Below are positions 12,172-24,462 of a DNA stretch of 64,000 nucleotides, in pieces. The notes beneath the pieces were generated by a model. It was given only the letters and a program-made list of their open reading frames with translations. It made no database searches and was not told the DNA's origin. Position numbers and translations under genes: made by a program. The DNA lies in assembly GCA_963514005.1 (NCBI GenBank), contig OY740803.1, forward strand, positions 20,150,001 through 20,214,000, written 5' to 3'. Position 1 is the first letter of the stretch, and each line of letters starts with the position of its first letter. The stretch comes from Raja brachyura (lineage: Eukaryota).

Positions 12172-13677
12172 ACACATTCCTTCTCTCCAGAGATGCTGCC
12201 TGACTCGCTGAGTCACTCCAGCATTTTGAGTCTACCTCCCCATTCTAACTCCTTGCTCAACCCTCACTGTCTCCCTGTCCAGAACCATTCTTAGATTCGC
12301 CCCCTGTACCCTCCAATTGAAACCCAAAAACGCTTGTTCTGCTGAGAATATTGCTAACCTTGGTTTCATAGAACAGCAGAATTGTTTATAGACTTCTAAA
12401 CGGTAACCTTTGCCCAACGACATTGCCAAGATAAAGAACATTACCATAAAGATAGAGCACACCTGCAAAGCCTGTAGGAAGGAACTGCAGATGCTGGTTT
12501 ACACCGAAGATAGACACAAAATGCTGGAATAACTCAACGGGTCAGGCAGCAAGTCAGGAGAAAAGGAATAGGTGATGATTCGGGTTGAGACCATTGCTCA
12601 GACTGAGAGTCGGAGTGGAGAAGGAAACTAGAGGTATGCAAAGATTCAGAACAAATCAGAGCCGGTACCGATGACCAAGGAAAGGTCAAAGAAAGTTCTC
12701 GACCCATAACCAGGTATACATCTCGATCCTAGCTTACAACCTTTTCCTTTAGCCCAAGCCCTCAAGTCCTGTTTGCATCCTCGCAAATCTTCTCCGCATT
12801 CTTTCCAGCATCATGACAGAAGTTGTTTGTCTGCAACTTTGTGGAATGTTTTTTTCTCATGACTATAAGATTTGTGCTTGTGTTTTGCAAATCCTTTGTA
12901 AAGTTAAAATCTCTGTTAAAATTGTTTTGTATAAATAAATGTGTTCCATTTAAAAATAAGATATCTGTGTTTAATCATATTGGTTAGCTGGAGAAACCTG
13001 CTCGTTAGTTGGGAGACATCACTCAGACGGGACACATCACTCAGAATACTGATCATGAACAGCTAAAACCCTTTCAGAAAAGAGTCAAATCTAGCTATGT
13101 AAATTAGCTTTGGAAACACTATAACCTCACTAAACTGAGGCTGCAAGTAGATCATTTATAATAGGTAAGATTGAAAGTTTAATCTTTAAAACTGGTAACT
13201 TTGGAGAGGCATGGTGCCGCAGCATTAGAGTTGCTGCCTTACAGCACCAGAAACCTGGCTTATATGCTGACTATGGATGCTGTCTGCAATGAGTTTGTAC
13301 CTTCTCCCTGTGACTGTGTGGGTTTTCTCAGGGTGCTCCGGTTGCCTCCCAAATTCCAAAGACATGCTGGTTTGTAAGTTAATTGGCTTCAGTAAATTGT
13401 GTAGGATAGAACTAGTGTACAGGAGATTGCGTGTCGGCACGGACTCAGTGGGCCAAAAGGTCTGTTTCGACGCTGTGTCTCTAAAACTATAAATCATTGC
13501 ACGATCCTCTTTTTACCATGCTCTGATGTTCTCTCCATTCCCCTCTGATCCTCATTTTCCAACTTTGTTTCTCTCCCCTCTGCCTTCTGCTCATCCTCTG
13601 TCCTCTTTGATCCCTTTTCTCTGTTCTCCGCCAAACCAGCATCTGCCATTCCTTTCCACACGTTCCCATGGTAAGGC

Positions 13678-14580
13678 CAGGGCTGCCAACTCCCACGCTT
13701 TCAGCATGAGAATCACGCCTTGGAGCTATTTCTCACGCCCTCATGCTCATGACCGAGTTCTCACGCTGAGTTCAGTCACTGCGCCAGTTTGTCCCTTTGC
13801 GCCACCTGCCAACGATCTGTGCGGTCTGGGGAAGGGTGTCGGTTGACGGCTGTGAGTAACGTTGCGTCTCTTCTCTTTGGTCGAATGTGCAGCTGCCGAC
13901 AACAACAACCAGCTGAAGCAATTGTCAAGCATGCAGGGGGGGGCGACGACGACCACAATGAGGCCAAACATCTAGGACAGGGTTCGGACTACGGACACAC
14001 GGCCCGTAACCCGAAAAACCGCGGGGGTTTTTTCCAATTCGTTTTCACGGGGTTGGAGCAGGCAAGCCGACCTGAAAACTGCAGCAAGTCCCTGGGACGC
14101 GAGCTGACCTGGGAACGGCAGCCAGTCCCGGGCACGCAGAATGCCAACTTGATCATTATGGACAAATTGGGCCAGGCATGTACATGTTGTATAACTGACT
14201 ATGCAGATCTGAATGGGCTTAGAATGACCATTTAGGCAAAATTGCCCTCACTTTCCACATTTTGATTCTTGAGATTAATATCCCTTTCCTCTGTTAACAG
14301 CGTTAAAGTGCTGAAGTAGCGTCAGGAAAGGGAACATGTTATTTTTTTTTTAGTTTGCTTTAATTTGTTAGTTGATTTTTTGTTGAGTGCCATAATTTCC
14401 TAAATAGTCTTAAAGTAACTTAACTGTTATAAAGCAGTAATAAGTGATTTGTGTCCAATCATTTGGAACCTGCTTAAAATGTTTGAATTATTGGCAAGAC
14501 TGCCAACTCTCACGCATTGAGTGTGAGACTCGCGCATTTCACAAAATTCTCATGCTCTCGCGCTGATCACAAAATTATAT
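13678..14580 (+). mobile_element. Degenerate hAT-like non-autonomous DNA transposon(s)
   Basis: Starts CAGGGCTGCCAACTCCCACGC with subterminal CTCACGC repeats. A second CTGCCAACTCTCACGC end lies near 14500. Confidence 0.45.
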
Positions 14581-15628
14581 AATGAGAATAGGACCTGTTT
14601 TGCTTAACAAATAGTGTAGGAAGGAATTGCAGATGCTGGTTTAAACTGAAGATACACTAAAAACTAGAAAAACTCAGCAGGACAGGCAGCATCTCTGGAG
14701 AGAAAGAATGGGTGATGTTTCGAGTCGAGACCTTCAGCTTGAAGAGGTTGAAAACCAGCCATAAAACACAATTTTCTGGACATGTGTGTTATCCAACTAA
14801 GGGCAGAAATCAGAATCATGTGTTCATCTTTATTCATGTGACACCATAATAAATATATTACAGAAAAAATAATTTAATGGGGTGGCACGGTGGCGCAGCG
14901 GCAGAGTTGCTGCCTTACTACCACATTGGTTTTCTCCCATATCCGAAAGAAGTGCAGGTTTGTAGGTTAATTGGCTTCTGTAAATTGTCCCTGGCGTGAT
15001 GGATGGAATTGGTGGATGATAGATTGTTGGTCGGTGTGGACCTGGTGGGCGGAAGGCCCTGTTTCCATATATATTTTTACATATATATCTTAATTTCATT
15101 GAACCATATATGATTGAATATGTGGCATTATTTTCGTCTTGTTTCTATATTCAAAGGGTAAGGTTGAAACCGTCTGAAGAAGGGTTTCGGCCCAAAATGT
15201 TGCCTATTTCCTTTGCTCCATGGATGCTGCCGCACCCGCTGAGTTTCTCCAGCAATTTTCTCTACCTTCGATTCTCCAGCATCTGCAGTTCCTTCTTGAA
15301 CAAGGTTGATTGATTTATTTGTGTAGAACAGTGATGGAAGTCTGATTTTTGCTTTGTTTCTCTGAGTTTTTCTCTATATATATGCATAACAGCATGAATA
15401 TAATCTGATTTCCATACATTAATATAGTCATTCATGTGTTGCACCTGTTGAGCAGAGCCTGGCTCTATTGTGGAATGTAATTTAGCCTAATCTTATTCAT
15501 ACCCAATCCAATTTAAAGCATAAATGTTGCATCCAAGTGTAAGTTAAAAGACTCGCTACAGTATGCACCAGATTGCACAATTTCAAGCTGAAAAATGTAA
15601 AAGCTCCTTACCGGGGAACATCACCCAA

Positions 15629-17850
15629 ATCCAGTGCCTGCAGTATTTTTACAAGGGTCCACTGTTTAATTGAAGTAACTGATTCAAACCCAATGGAAGT
15701 TGTGGTCATGTATGCAATGTGAGATCTAACACAGGCTAGACTCAGAGTCTATGTTAGAATGGAGAAACAAGGAACTGCAGGTGCTGGTTTACAAAAAAAA
15801 TACACAAAATGCTGGAGTAACTCAACGGGTTAGCCAGCATCTCTGATGAAGGTGGATAGGTGATGTTTTGGGTCAGAACCCACCTTCAGAATGAACTTTC
15901 TTCTGTAGAAGAGTCCCGTCCCAAAACATCACCGATTTACCTTCACCAGAGATGCTGCCTGACCCGCTGAGTTACTCCAGCACTTTGTGTCTTTCTGTTA
16001 GAATGAGACTTGTTGACTTTATTCTGCTCGTTTTATTGCCAGAAGAGCCAAAAAAAAATTATGAAAAAAAATATTTTTGTATTGTTTGTAGAGTCTATGG
16101 TGCATTGTTAGCGATTCAGGCCAGGAAATAAATAGCTTGTGTGTCCAATTCGTTATCGCTTTCTTCCTCGTGTGATTGCTTTGACTGCTGGTCAAATTGC
16201 ACAATGTCCGTCAGTCCTTGCCTTAGTTTTAGGATCGTCAGGGTATTCGTATGACTTCCATTTCAATGAGGGCCTGTGACTTAAATTGGTGGAGATTTAA
16301 TCAACACAATCCAATTCTCAAACATCATCAGTGGGATTTATATTCGGTGACTCCGCGCCACAGACCCAGTTCAATCTTGACTTTGGGTGCAGTCTGTGCG
16401 GAGTTTACGCGTTCTCCCTGTGACCGTGTGGGTTTCCTCCGAGAGCTCCAATTTGCTCCCACATCCCAAAGATGTGTTGGGTTGTAGGTTAATTGGCCTC
16501 TGTAAATTGCCCCTGGTGTGTAGAATGCAAATGCAAAAGTGTAGCAATGTTACAAAATTTTGAGATTTAAAAAAATCAAGTCTGCAATTTATCCCATCAG
16601 ATAAAGCATAAAAAGAAGTTTAATTTGACACCTAATTTACTTTCATATCTTCAGTATTAAGAAAGTTATGGCCATTTCCATACTCGGAAATTAGCATCTT
16701 GCTCCCCATTGCCTTTCAATTGACTTAACTCAAAAGCTGTTATCTGGAAAAGTTAAAAGCCCATAACTTTCTTAAAAATTAAGAGAACTCAATGAAATTT
16801 TCAGTTATTATAGATTGAAGCATTCTGAAACAAATATGAAACAATCTTACTTGGATGACCTGAAATTAAAGCATATAATTAGTTAGTTATCTAATTGTAG
16901 CTAATTACAAAATTCAATGAGTAGATCTAAACATCTATCCATTTCTTAAGAAAAGATAAACTTTTTTTAAATTGCCTAAGTGTCCAAATAACATTCACAC
17001 AATAATCCACAATATAACATAATTTTTAAATCTCAAATCAAATCATGAATTTCTGGGCCAAATGGAAGGAATTTAGTGTTTGATTCCTGTAAATTAATGG
17101 CCATTTAAATGAACTAGCGAGTGGGTTTTTAGTGGAATGCGGTGGATTGGAACATTGCGGTTAGCGGTGAAGTCGGGGGGAAAAATACTGTTTGTTCATA
17201 GATTTTTTGGGACCCCATTTCGCAACATAAAAATATTATTAAAGCCTCCCGAAAAACCAACTTTTAATATAAAAATAAACTATTTACCTTTTTTTCTCCC
17301 CTACGCAAAATCCTTCCGGTTGTCAGTTCTCACGGCTTTTGAAGGTGATTTTTAAATTACTCTAGTTAATAAATAATTTAGAGTAATTTAAAAATACCTT
17401 CATTCATGAAATGTCGGAGCGATTTTTCTTCCGCAACCAAATCGCCCGACATTCATCGATTTGTCCTGCCTGTTGAAAAACGGCACTTTAAGCCCGCCCC
17501 CCTCTGAAAGGCGCCAAAGTCGCGCACACGGGGAGCGGCAGAAGTGCAGCGCTGCTCAAGGTAAGTTTTGCAACATACCTAAAAAGTGGGTATCACTGGG
17601 TAATCGATGATCGGTGTAGAGTGATATCATTTCCGATACCTTTGGCAACACGCCAGGTATTTTGTAGAGTGCAGCAAGACAGTATTTTTTCTGAGTTTAT
17701 GTTTAACATACACTGTAAACACAAGTCAATTATTACAGCAACATGGTTTCACAATATTGAAATTGCTTCATTCAGACACGATTTTTAAAAAGCTAGCAGT
17801 GAAGACGGAGTGACTGTAGGTAAGGGTTTTAGTTATTCACATTATATAAT
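15629..17850 (+). repeat. Local tandem duplication, copy 2 (A + SINE interrupted by a DNA transposon + C)
   Basis: Matches 11291-12055. Block C at 17618-17850 matches 18754-18965. Confidence 0.85.
16542..17581. mobile_element. Non-autonomous DNA transposon (hAT-like) inserted into a SINE
   Basis: Imperfect TIRs TAGCAATGTTACAAAAT / reverse complement TAGGTATGTTGCAAAAC, flanked by the direct repeat AAAAGTG (16535-16541 and 17582-17588). Confidence 0.7.
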
Positions 17851-17860
17851 AATGAAACAA

Positions 17861-19459
17861 TATGCAATGTGAGATCTAACACAGGCTAGACTCAGAGTGT
17901 ATGTTAGAATGGAGAAACAAGGAACTGCAGGTACTGGTTTACAAAACAAAATACACAAAATACTGGAGTAACTCAATGGGTCAGCCAGCATCTCTGGTGA
18001 AGGTGGATAGGTGATGTTTTGGGTTGGAACCCACCTTCAGAATGAACTTTCTTCTGAAGAAGAGTCCCATCCCGAAACATCACCGATTTACCTTCACCAG
18101 AGATGCTGCCTGACCCGCTGAGTTACTCCAGCACTTTGTGTCTTTCTGTTAGAATGAAACTTGTTGAGTTTATTCTGCTTGTTTTATTGCCAGAAGAGCC
18201 AAAAAAATTATTTAAAACATTATTTTTGAATTGTTTGTAGAGTCTATGATGCATTGTTAGCGATTCAGGCCAGGAAATAAATAGGTTGTGACCTGTCAAT
18301 GTCCATCAGTCCTTGCCTTAGTTTTAGGATCGTCAGGGGATTCATACGACTTCCATTTCAATGAGGGTCTGTGACTTAAATTGGTAAAGATTTAATCAAC
18401 ACAATCCAATTCTCAAACATCATCAGTGGGATTTATATTTGGTGACTCCAAGGGTGCCACAGAGGTGTAGAACAGAGTTTCTGCCTCACAGCATCAGATA
18501 CCCCAGTTTGATCCTGACTTCAGGTGCTGTCTGTACGGAGTTTGTATGTTCTCCCTGTGACCGCATGGGTTTTCTCCAGGTGCTCCGGTTTTCTCCCACA
18601 CTCCAAAGACGTACAAGTTTGTAGGTTGATTGGCTTCTGTAAATTGACCCTAGTGTGTAGGATAGCACTAGTGTATGGGGTGATCGTTGGTTGGCGTGGA
18701 CTCAGTGGGCCAAAGGGCCTGTCTCCGTGTTGTTTCTTTCAATTAATTACAGAAGAGTGATATCATTTCCGAAAACTTTGGCAACACACCACGTATTTTG
18801 TAGAGTGCAGTAAGACAGTATTTTTTCTGAGTTTATGTTTAATACGTCAATTATTACAGCAACATGATTTCACAATATTGAAACGGCTTCATTCAGACAC
18901 GCTTTTTAAAAACCTAGCAGTGAAGACGGGGTGACTGAAGGCAAGGGTTTTAGTTATTCACAGTATATAGCAATGATACAGATGAGAGGCATTTGTAATA
19001 TTTTGCTGACAAACATCAAACTTGGTGCGATCCTGAATTGTATGCACCTCCCCATTCTAACTGAAGAAGGGTCCCGACCCGAAACGTCACACATTCCTTC
19101 TCTCCAGAGATGCTGCCTGACCCGCTGAGTCACTCCAGCATTTTGTGTCTACCTCCCCATTCTAACTCCTTGCTCTATCCCTCACTGTCTCCCTGTCCAG
19201 AACCATTCTTAGATTCATCCTCTGTCCCCTCCAATTGAAACCCAGAAAAAGCTTGTTCTGCTGAGAACATTACTAACCTTGGTTTCAAAGAACAGCAGAA
19301 ATGTTTACAGACTTCTAAATGGTAACCTTTGCCCAATGACATTGCCAAGATAAAGAACATTACCATAAAGATAGAGCACACCTGCAAAGCCTGTAGGAAT
19401 GAACTGCAGATGCTGGCTTACACCAAAGATAAACACAAATTGCTGGAATAACTCAACGG
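17861..19459 (+). repeat. Local tandem duplication, copy 3 (A + SINE + C + B)
   Basis: Direct similarity to copies 1 and 2. Confidence 0.85.
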
Positions 19460-21210
19460 CTGGAGGATGAGACAGATGTTTGGCAGCTGTGGTGGGGCCT
19501 GAATGCAATCACCTCCTACAAGGCGAAATCGGGAGGTAGCTCGAATGTCGGCGTAGCATCACTCCCTGACAAGCTCAATGCGTTTTACGCATGCTTTGAT
19601 AGGGAGAACACTGATGTGCCTTCTCGAGCCCCCATTCGCTGTGATGGTATTTCAGTCACAGAGTCCGGTGTCAGAAAATCCTTCAGAGGGGTGAACCCTC
19701 AAAAAGCTCCTGGACCTGATGGTATACCCGGTCGTGTTCCAAAAACCTGTGCGGACTAACTGGCTGGAGTTTTTACGGAGATTTTCAACCTCGCACTTCT
19801 GAGGTCTGAGGTTCCCACCTTCTTTAAAAGGGCATCAATTATACCGGTGCCCAAGAAGAACAAGGTGACGTGCCTCAACAACTAGCGACCAGTGGCACTA
19901 ACGTCGTTGGTGATGAAGTGCTTTAAGAGGTTGATCATGGCGCAAATCAACTCCTACCTCGACAAAAACCTGGACCCACTGCAGTTCACTTACCGCCACA
20001 ACAGATCAACGATGGATGCAATCTCACTGGCTCTCCACTCCGCTCTGGACCACTTGGACAACAAAAACTCATATGTCAGGCTGTTATTCATTGATTACTG
20101 CTCGACATTTAACACAATCATCCCCTCCAAACTGGTTACCGAACTCTCAGAACTGGGCCTCTGCGCATCTCTCTGAAATTGGATCCTCGACTTCCCCATT
20201 TACAGACCACAGTCTGTTTGAATTGGTGGAAAGGTGTCAGCCTCGATAACAATCAGCACAAGAGCACTTCAAGGCTGCGTGCTCAGCCCCCTGCTGTTCT
20301 CACTCTATACTAATGACCGCGTAGCTGGTCTAGTGCAAACTCCATCATCAAGTTCGCTGATGACACCACTGTTGTGGGACGTATCACTGATGGGGACGAG
20401 TCAGATTTTGGAAGAGAGATGGACCAACTGAACAAGTGGTGCCAGCACAATAACCTGGCCCTCAACACCAGCAAAACCAAAGAACTGATTGTGGACTTTG
20501 GAAGAGGTAGGATGGGGACCCACAGTCCCGTTTATATCAACGGGTCGATGGTGGAAAGGGTCAAGAGCTTCAAATTACTGGGCGAGCACATCTCTGAAGA
20601 TCGTTCCTGGTCCGAGAACACTGATGCAATTATAAAGAAAGCAAATTACGGAGAGTCAATACGTCAAGAAGGACTCTCTCTAACTTCTACAGGTGCACAG
20701 TAGAGAGCATGCTGACCGGTTGCAACGTGGCTTGATTCAGCAACCTGAGTGCCCAGGAGCGGAATAGACTACAAAAAGTAGTAAACACTGCCCAGTCCAC
20801 CATCGGCTCTGACCCCCCTACCATCGAGGGGATTTATCGCAAATGCTGGCAGCATCTTCAAGGACACACACCATCCTGGCCACACACTCATCTCCCCGCT
20901 ACCTTCAGGTAGAAGGTACAGGAGCCTGAAGACTGCAACATCCAAGTTCAGAAACAACTGCTTCCCCACAGCCATCAGGCTATTAAACTCAACCAAAACT
21001 CTGAACATTAATAGCCCATTATCTGTTTATTTGTACTTTAACTGTTTTATTTAATCATGTGTGTATATATTTATATAATGGTATATGGACACCAGATGAT
21101 CTGTTCTGTATTCATGCCTTCTATATTCTGTTGTGCTGCTGCATAGCAAGAATTTCATTGTCCTATCTGGGACACATGACAATAAACTCTCTTGTATCTT
21201 GTATCTTGTT
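19460..21210 (+). mobile_element. Rex1/Babar LINE, 5'-truncated, decayed RT
   Basis: [50 protein letters not shown] and NNLALNTSKTKELIVDF. Ends with AATAAA and a (TCTTG)n tail. Confidence 0.9.
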
Positions 21211-21211
21211 C

Positions 21212-21915
21212 AGTAGGATTATGACTACAGCTGTATTCGAATCACACTAACAACTTGGAATCGGTTGTGCAGAGCAAATGACACAAGAAATGGACATTCA
21301 GAATTGAAAATTCTGTTAATGTAAATCAAGATGATGGAGACAGGCTGCTATTTGTTGTTTATCAGGCAGCTCCCAGTAGCATTGAAAGACAGAGTCGATA
21401 AAGCTGGGGTGGCCCTCTTCAAGTTGGCAGAACCTGATAGCACAAAACAAGGAGAGCAGCTGGAGGAAGTCAATGGCAATACTTGAACTTGTCAAGGCAC
21501 GTTATTTTCTTTCCACAAGATATGTGGACATAATCACAAAGTAACCCTATCACAACCCTGTAGGCAAGAAGGCATTCATTATTTTAATTTTGTTAGTTTA
21601 GTGTTAGTTCAGTTGAGTTTGGACATACAGCATGGGAATAGTCCCTTCAGCCCACCGAGTCCATGCCGACCATCGATCACCCATTCACACTTATTCTATG
21701 TTACCCACTTTCTCATCTACTCCCTGCACACTAGGGAGATTTTTTACAGAGACCAATGAATCTACAATCCCGCACGTCTGTGGGGTGTGGGAGGAATCAG
21801 GAGCACCCAGGGGAAACCTACGTTGTCAGAGGGAGAACGTGCAAACTCCACACGGACCCCTGAGTGGGATTCTTTGCAGGATGACATCTGAGGAAAGAAG
21901 GTTCTGTCCCAAACA
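21212..21915 (+). repeat. Duplicated block D, copy 1 (second copy at 23853-24462 + 30690-30790)
   Basis: AGTAGGATTATGACTACAGC..TCCCAAACAG is repeated. The second copy is split by the CR1 nest. Confidence 0.85.
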
Positions 21916-22316
21916 GACCAAATGCAGGCAGACGGGGCTAGTGTAGATGGGACATGTTGGTCGGTCTGGGCAAGTTGGGCCGAAGGCCTGTTAACACACT
22001 TTACGGCTATGACTCTCTAAATCAAATCTACTTACCTGCCACGGCAGAGGTTGCTCATTCCAGGGACATTGTTCCTCACTTGGGTAGAAATCTGGAAAAC
22101 AATAGTGTATTAGAGTAGAAACAAGGAACTGTAGATGCTGGTTTACATAATAGAACACAAAGTGCTGGAGTAGCTCAGCGGGTAAGACGGCATCTCTGAA
22201 GAACATGGATAGGGGTCCTTTTGGGTTGGGATCCTTCTTAGAATCATACAGCATACAAAATAAAATGCCTCCATTGTGGAAGAGTTACAGGAAGACAACT
22301 GAGATGTTAGTCATAG

Positions 22317-23124
22317 CAGGGGTGGAAAACATGGGGGGGCCAGAGGGGACACATCCCCCCCCATGTTTTGAGAGGTGGGGGACACCCCCCCCCCCCCCCA
22401 AGTTTTTGTTATCCGGATTTTAAAAGCTCCGCTTTCCGCGAGACAGTGGAGGTGGGACTGCTGATCGAGGGCGCCGATTGGACGAGAGAGACGTCGGTCA
22501 GCAGGCAATGGGGGCGGGACATGGGAAGGCAATGGGGCCGGGACATGGGAGTGCGATGATTGGAGGAGGGAGACATGGCACAGACCTGCGCAAAGATACT
22601 AGAGGTGTCCTCTAGTATCTTTGGACCTGGCACCTCATCCACAGCCAGGATCGATTCCGGTCTCCGGCGCTGTCCCGACCCCACCCGAGTGCCCCCCTTC
22701 CCCTCCTCACGAGTGGCCAGAGATATCGGGAGTCAGACGGGCGAGCCGCCCCCAGGCCCACAGCCAGCGCAGAGAAGCAGCGCTAAACCCAATTCAACTC
22801 TACCTGTCCCGCCAGGACAACCTGCCTGGGCTTGCGGGAAATATGGCCAGCGTGGAGAAGCAGCGCTAGTGTCCCGTCGGTCCAGACATGGCTGGAGTTA
22901 ACCCGGCGAGACAGGCAGAGTTGAGCTGCATTTAGCGCTGGATTGAGCCTCCGAAGCAAAGACACTAGAATATCTATAAAGATAATAAAGATACTCCTCT
23001 AGTATCTTTGCTCCAAAGCCTCGCGCATGTGTGTGTGTGTGTGAGTGTGCGCATACGCGCGCGGCAGCCAACAAAATTGCGTGTCCCTGTCCCCTCCATG
23101 TTTTGATAGCGAGGTCTGCTCTTG
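22317..23124. mobile_element. hAT-like non-autonomous DNA transposon
   Basis: Perfect 8-bp TSD AGTCATAG (22309-22316 and 23125-23132), termini CAGGGGTGGA / TCTGCTCTTG, and internal palindromes CAAAGATACTAGAG..CTCTAGTATCTTTG. Confidence 0.75.
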
Positions 23125-23319
23125 AGTCATAGGGTTGTAATGTGATACAGCACAGAAGCAAGCCCCTTTTGCCCAAGTCGTCCCTTTCGACCAAGATTAT
23201 CTCAGCTAATCTCATTTGACCACGTTTGACCCATATCCCTCTAAGCCTTTCCTATCTGCGTACCTGTCCAAATAGTTTGTCACCACAATTCAGCAGCAGA
23301 TGAGTTGTTTGCATTGGTC

Positions 23320-23510
23320 TCCTACGCCACCTAGTGTTTATCTATAAAGGAGTAGTTGAACCTCTGTCAATGTGGGGAAGTAGAGCCCCTTACTGGTACC
23401 AAAAGCAAGTGTCAACATAAATTCACCAGTGCAGATAATTCATGGCTTTCTAGGTGGCACTCTTGCTACTGAGAGTGACTGCCCACAACTTCACCTCCAG
23501 AGGCAACACT
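23320..23510. promoter_or_regulatory. Cluster of CTCF-like motifs
   Basis: CGCCACCTAGTGT at 23325-23337, AGCCCCTTACTGG at 23384-23396 and TTTCTAGGTGGCAC at 23447-23460. Confidence 0.4.
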
Positions 23511-24462
23511 AAATGCACCAGTATGCAAATGGTTCCACGCCATTTGTGACCTGTTGTTGGGAATCACACCATACCAACAAGGGCAGCGAACTCACATCAT
23601 TGGTGGAGGAGCTACCTTTCACAGCGCCAGAGACCTGGGTTGAATCCTGACCTCAGATGCTGTCTGTGCGGAGTTTGCACATTCCACATAGATTTCCTCC
23701 TTGTGCTCAGGTTTCCTCCCACAGTCGAGCAGGTTGGTGGTTTAATTGGCCGCTATAAATCGTGAAGAGCATAGATGAAAAAGTGGGATAACATAGAGGG
23801 TTTTCCATATAAACCAGCATCTGCCGTTCCTTTCCGCACATTCCCATGGTGTAGTAGGATTATGACTACAGCTGTATTCAAATCACACTAACAACTTGGA
23901 ATCGGATGTGCAGAGCAGATGACACAAGAAATGGACATTCAGAATTGGAAATTCTATTAATGTAAATCAAGATGATGGAGGCAGGCTGCTATTTGCTGTT
24001 TATCAGGCAGCTCCAAGTAGCATTGAAACACAGAGTAGATAAAGCTGGGGTGGCCCTCTTCAATTGACAGAACCTGATAGCACAAAACAAGGAGAGCAGC
24101 TGGAGGAAGTCAATGGCTTTTCTTGAACTTGATAAGACCTGTTATTTTCTTTCCACAAGATATGTGGAAACAATCACAAAGTAACCCTATCACATTTGTA
24201 GGCAAGAATGCATTCATTCTTTTAGTTTCGTTTAGTGTTAGTTCAGTTGAGTTTGGAGATACAGCATGGAAATAGTCCCTTCTGCCCACCGAGTCCATGC
24301 CGACCATAGATCACCCATTCACACTTGTTCTATGTTCCCCACATTTTGTTATCTACTCCCTGTACACTATGGAAAATGTTTACAGAGACCAATGAATCTA
24401 CAATCGCGCACGTCTGTGGGGTGTGGGAGGAAACAGGTGCACCCAGGGGAACCCACGTTGTC

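Larger units (their letters stand above)
11291..12540 (+). repeat. Local tandem duplication unit, copy 1 (blocks A+B)
   Basis: 11291-12055 closely matches 15629-16396 and (in part) 17861-18449. 12056-12540 matches 18977-19459. Confidence 0.9.

Noticed and set aside
12400-12470. Minus-strand signal-peptide-like stretch VCSIFMVMFFILAMSLGKG, also present at about 19320-19390
   Set aside because: The donor (AG|GTTACC) is weak, the acceptor tract comes from a repeat, and no downstream minus-strand exon was found. Its presence in two copies is explained by the local duplication.
21330-21490. Short ORF MMETGCYLLF.. in duplicated block D
   Set aside because: It has no recognisable motif or splice support and is not cleanly preserved in the second copy.
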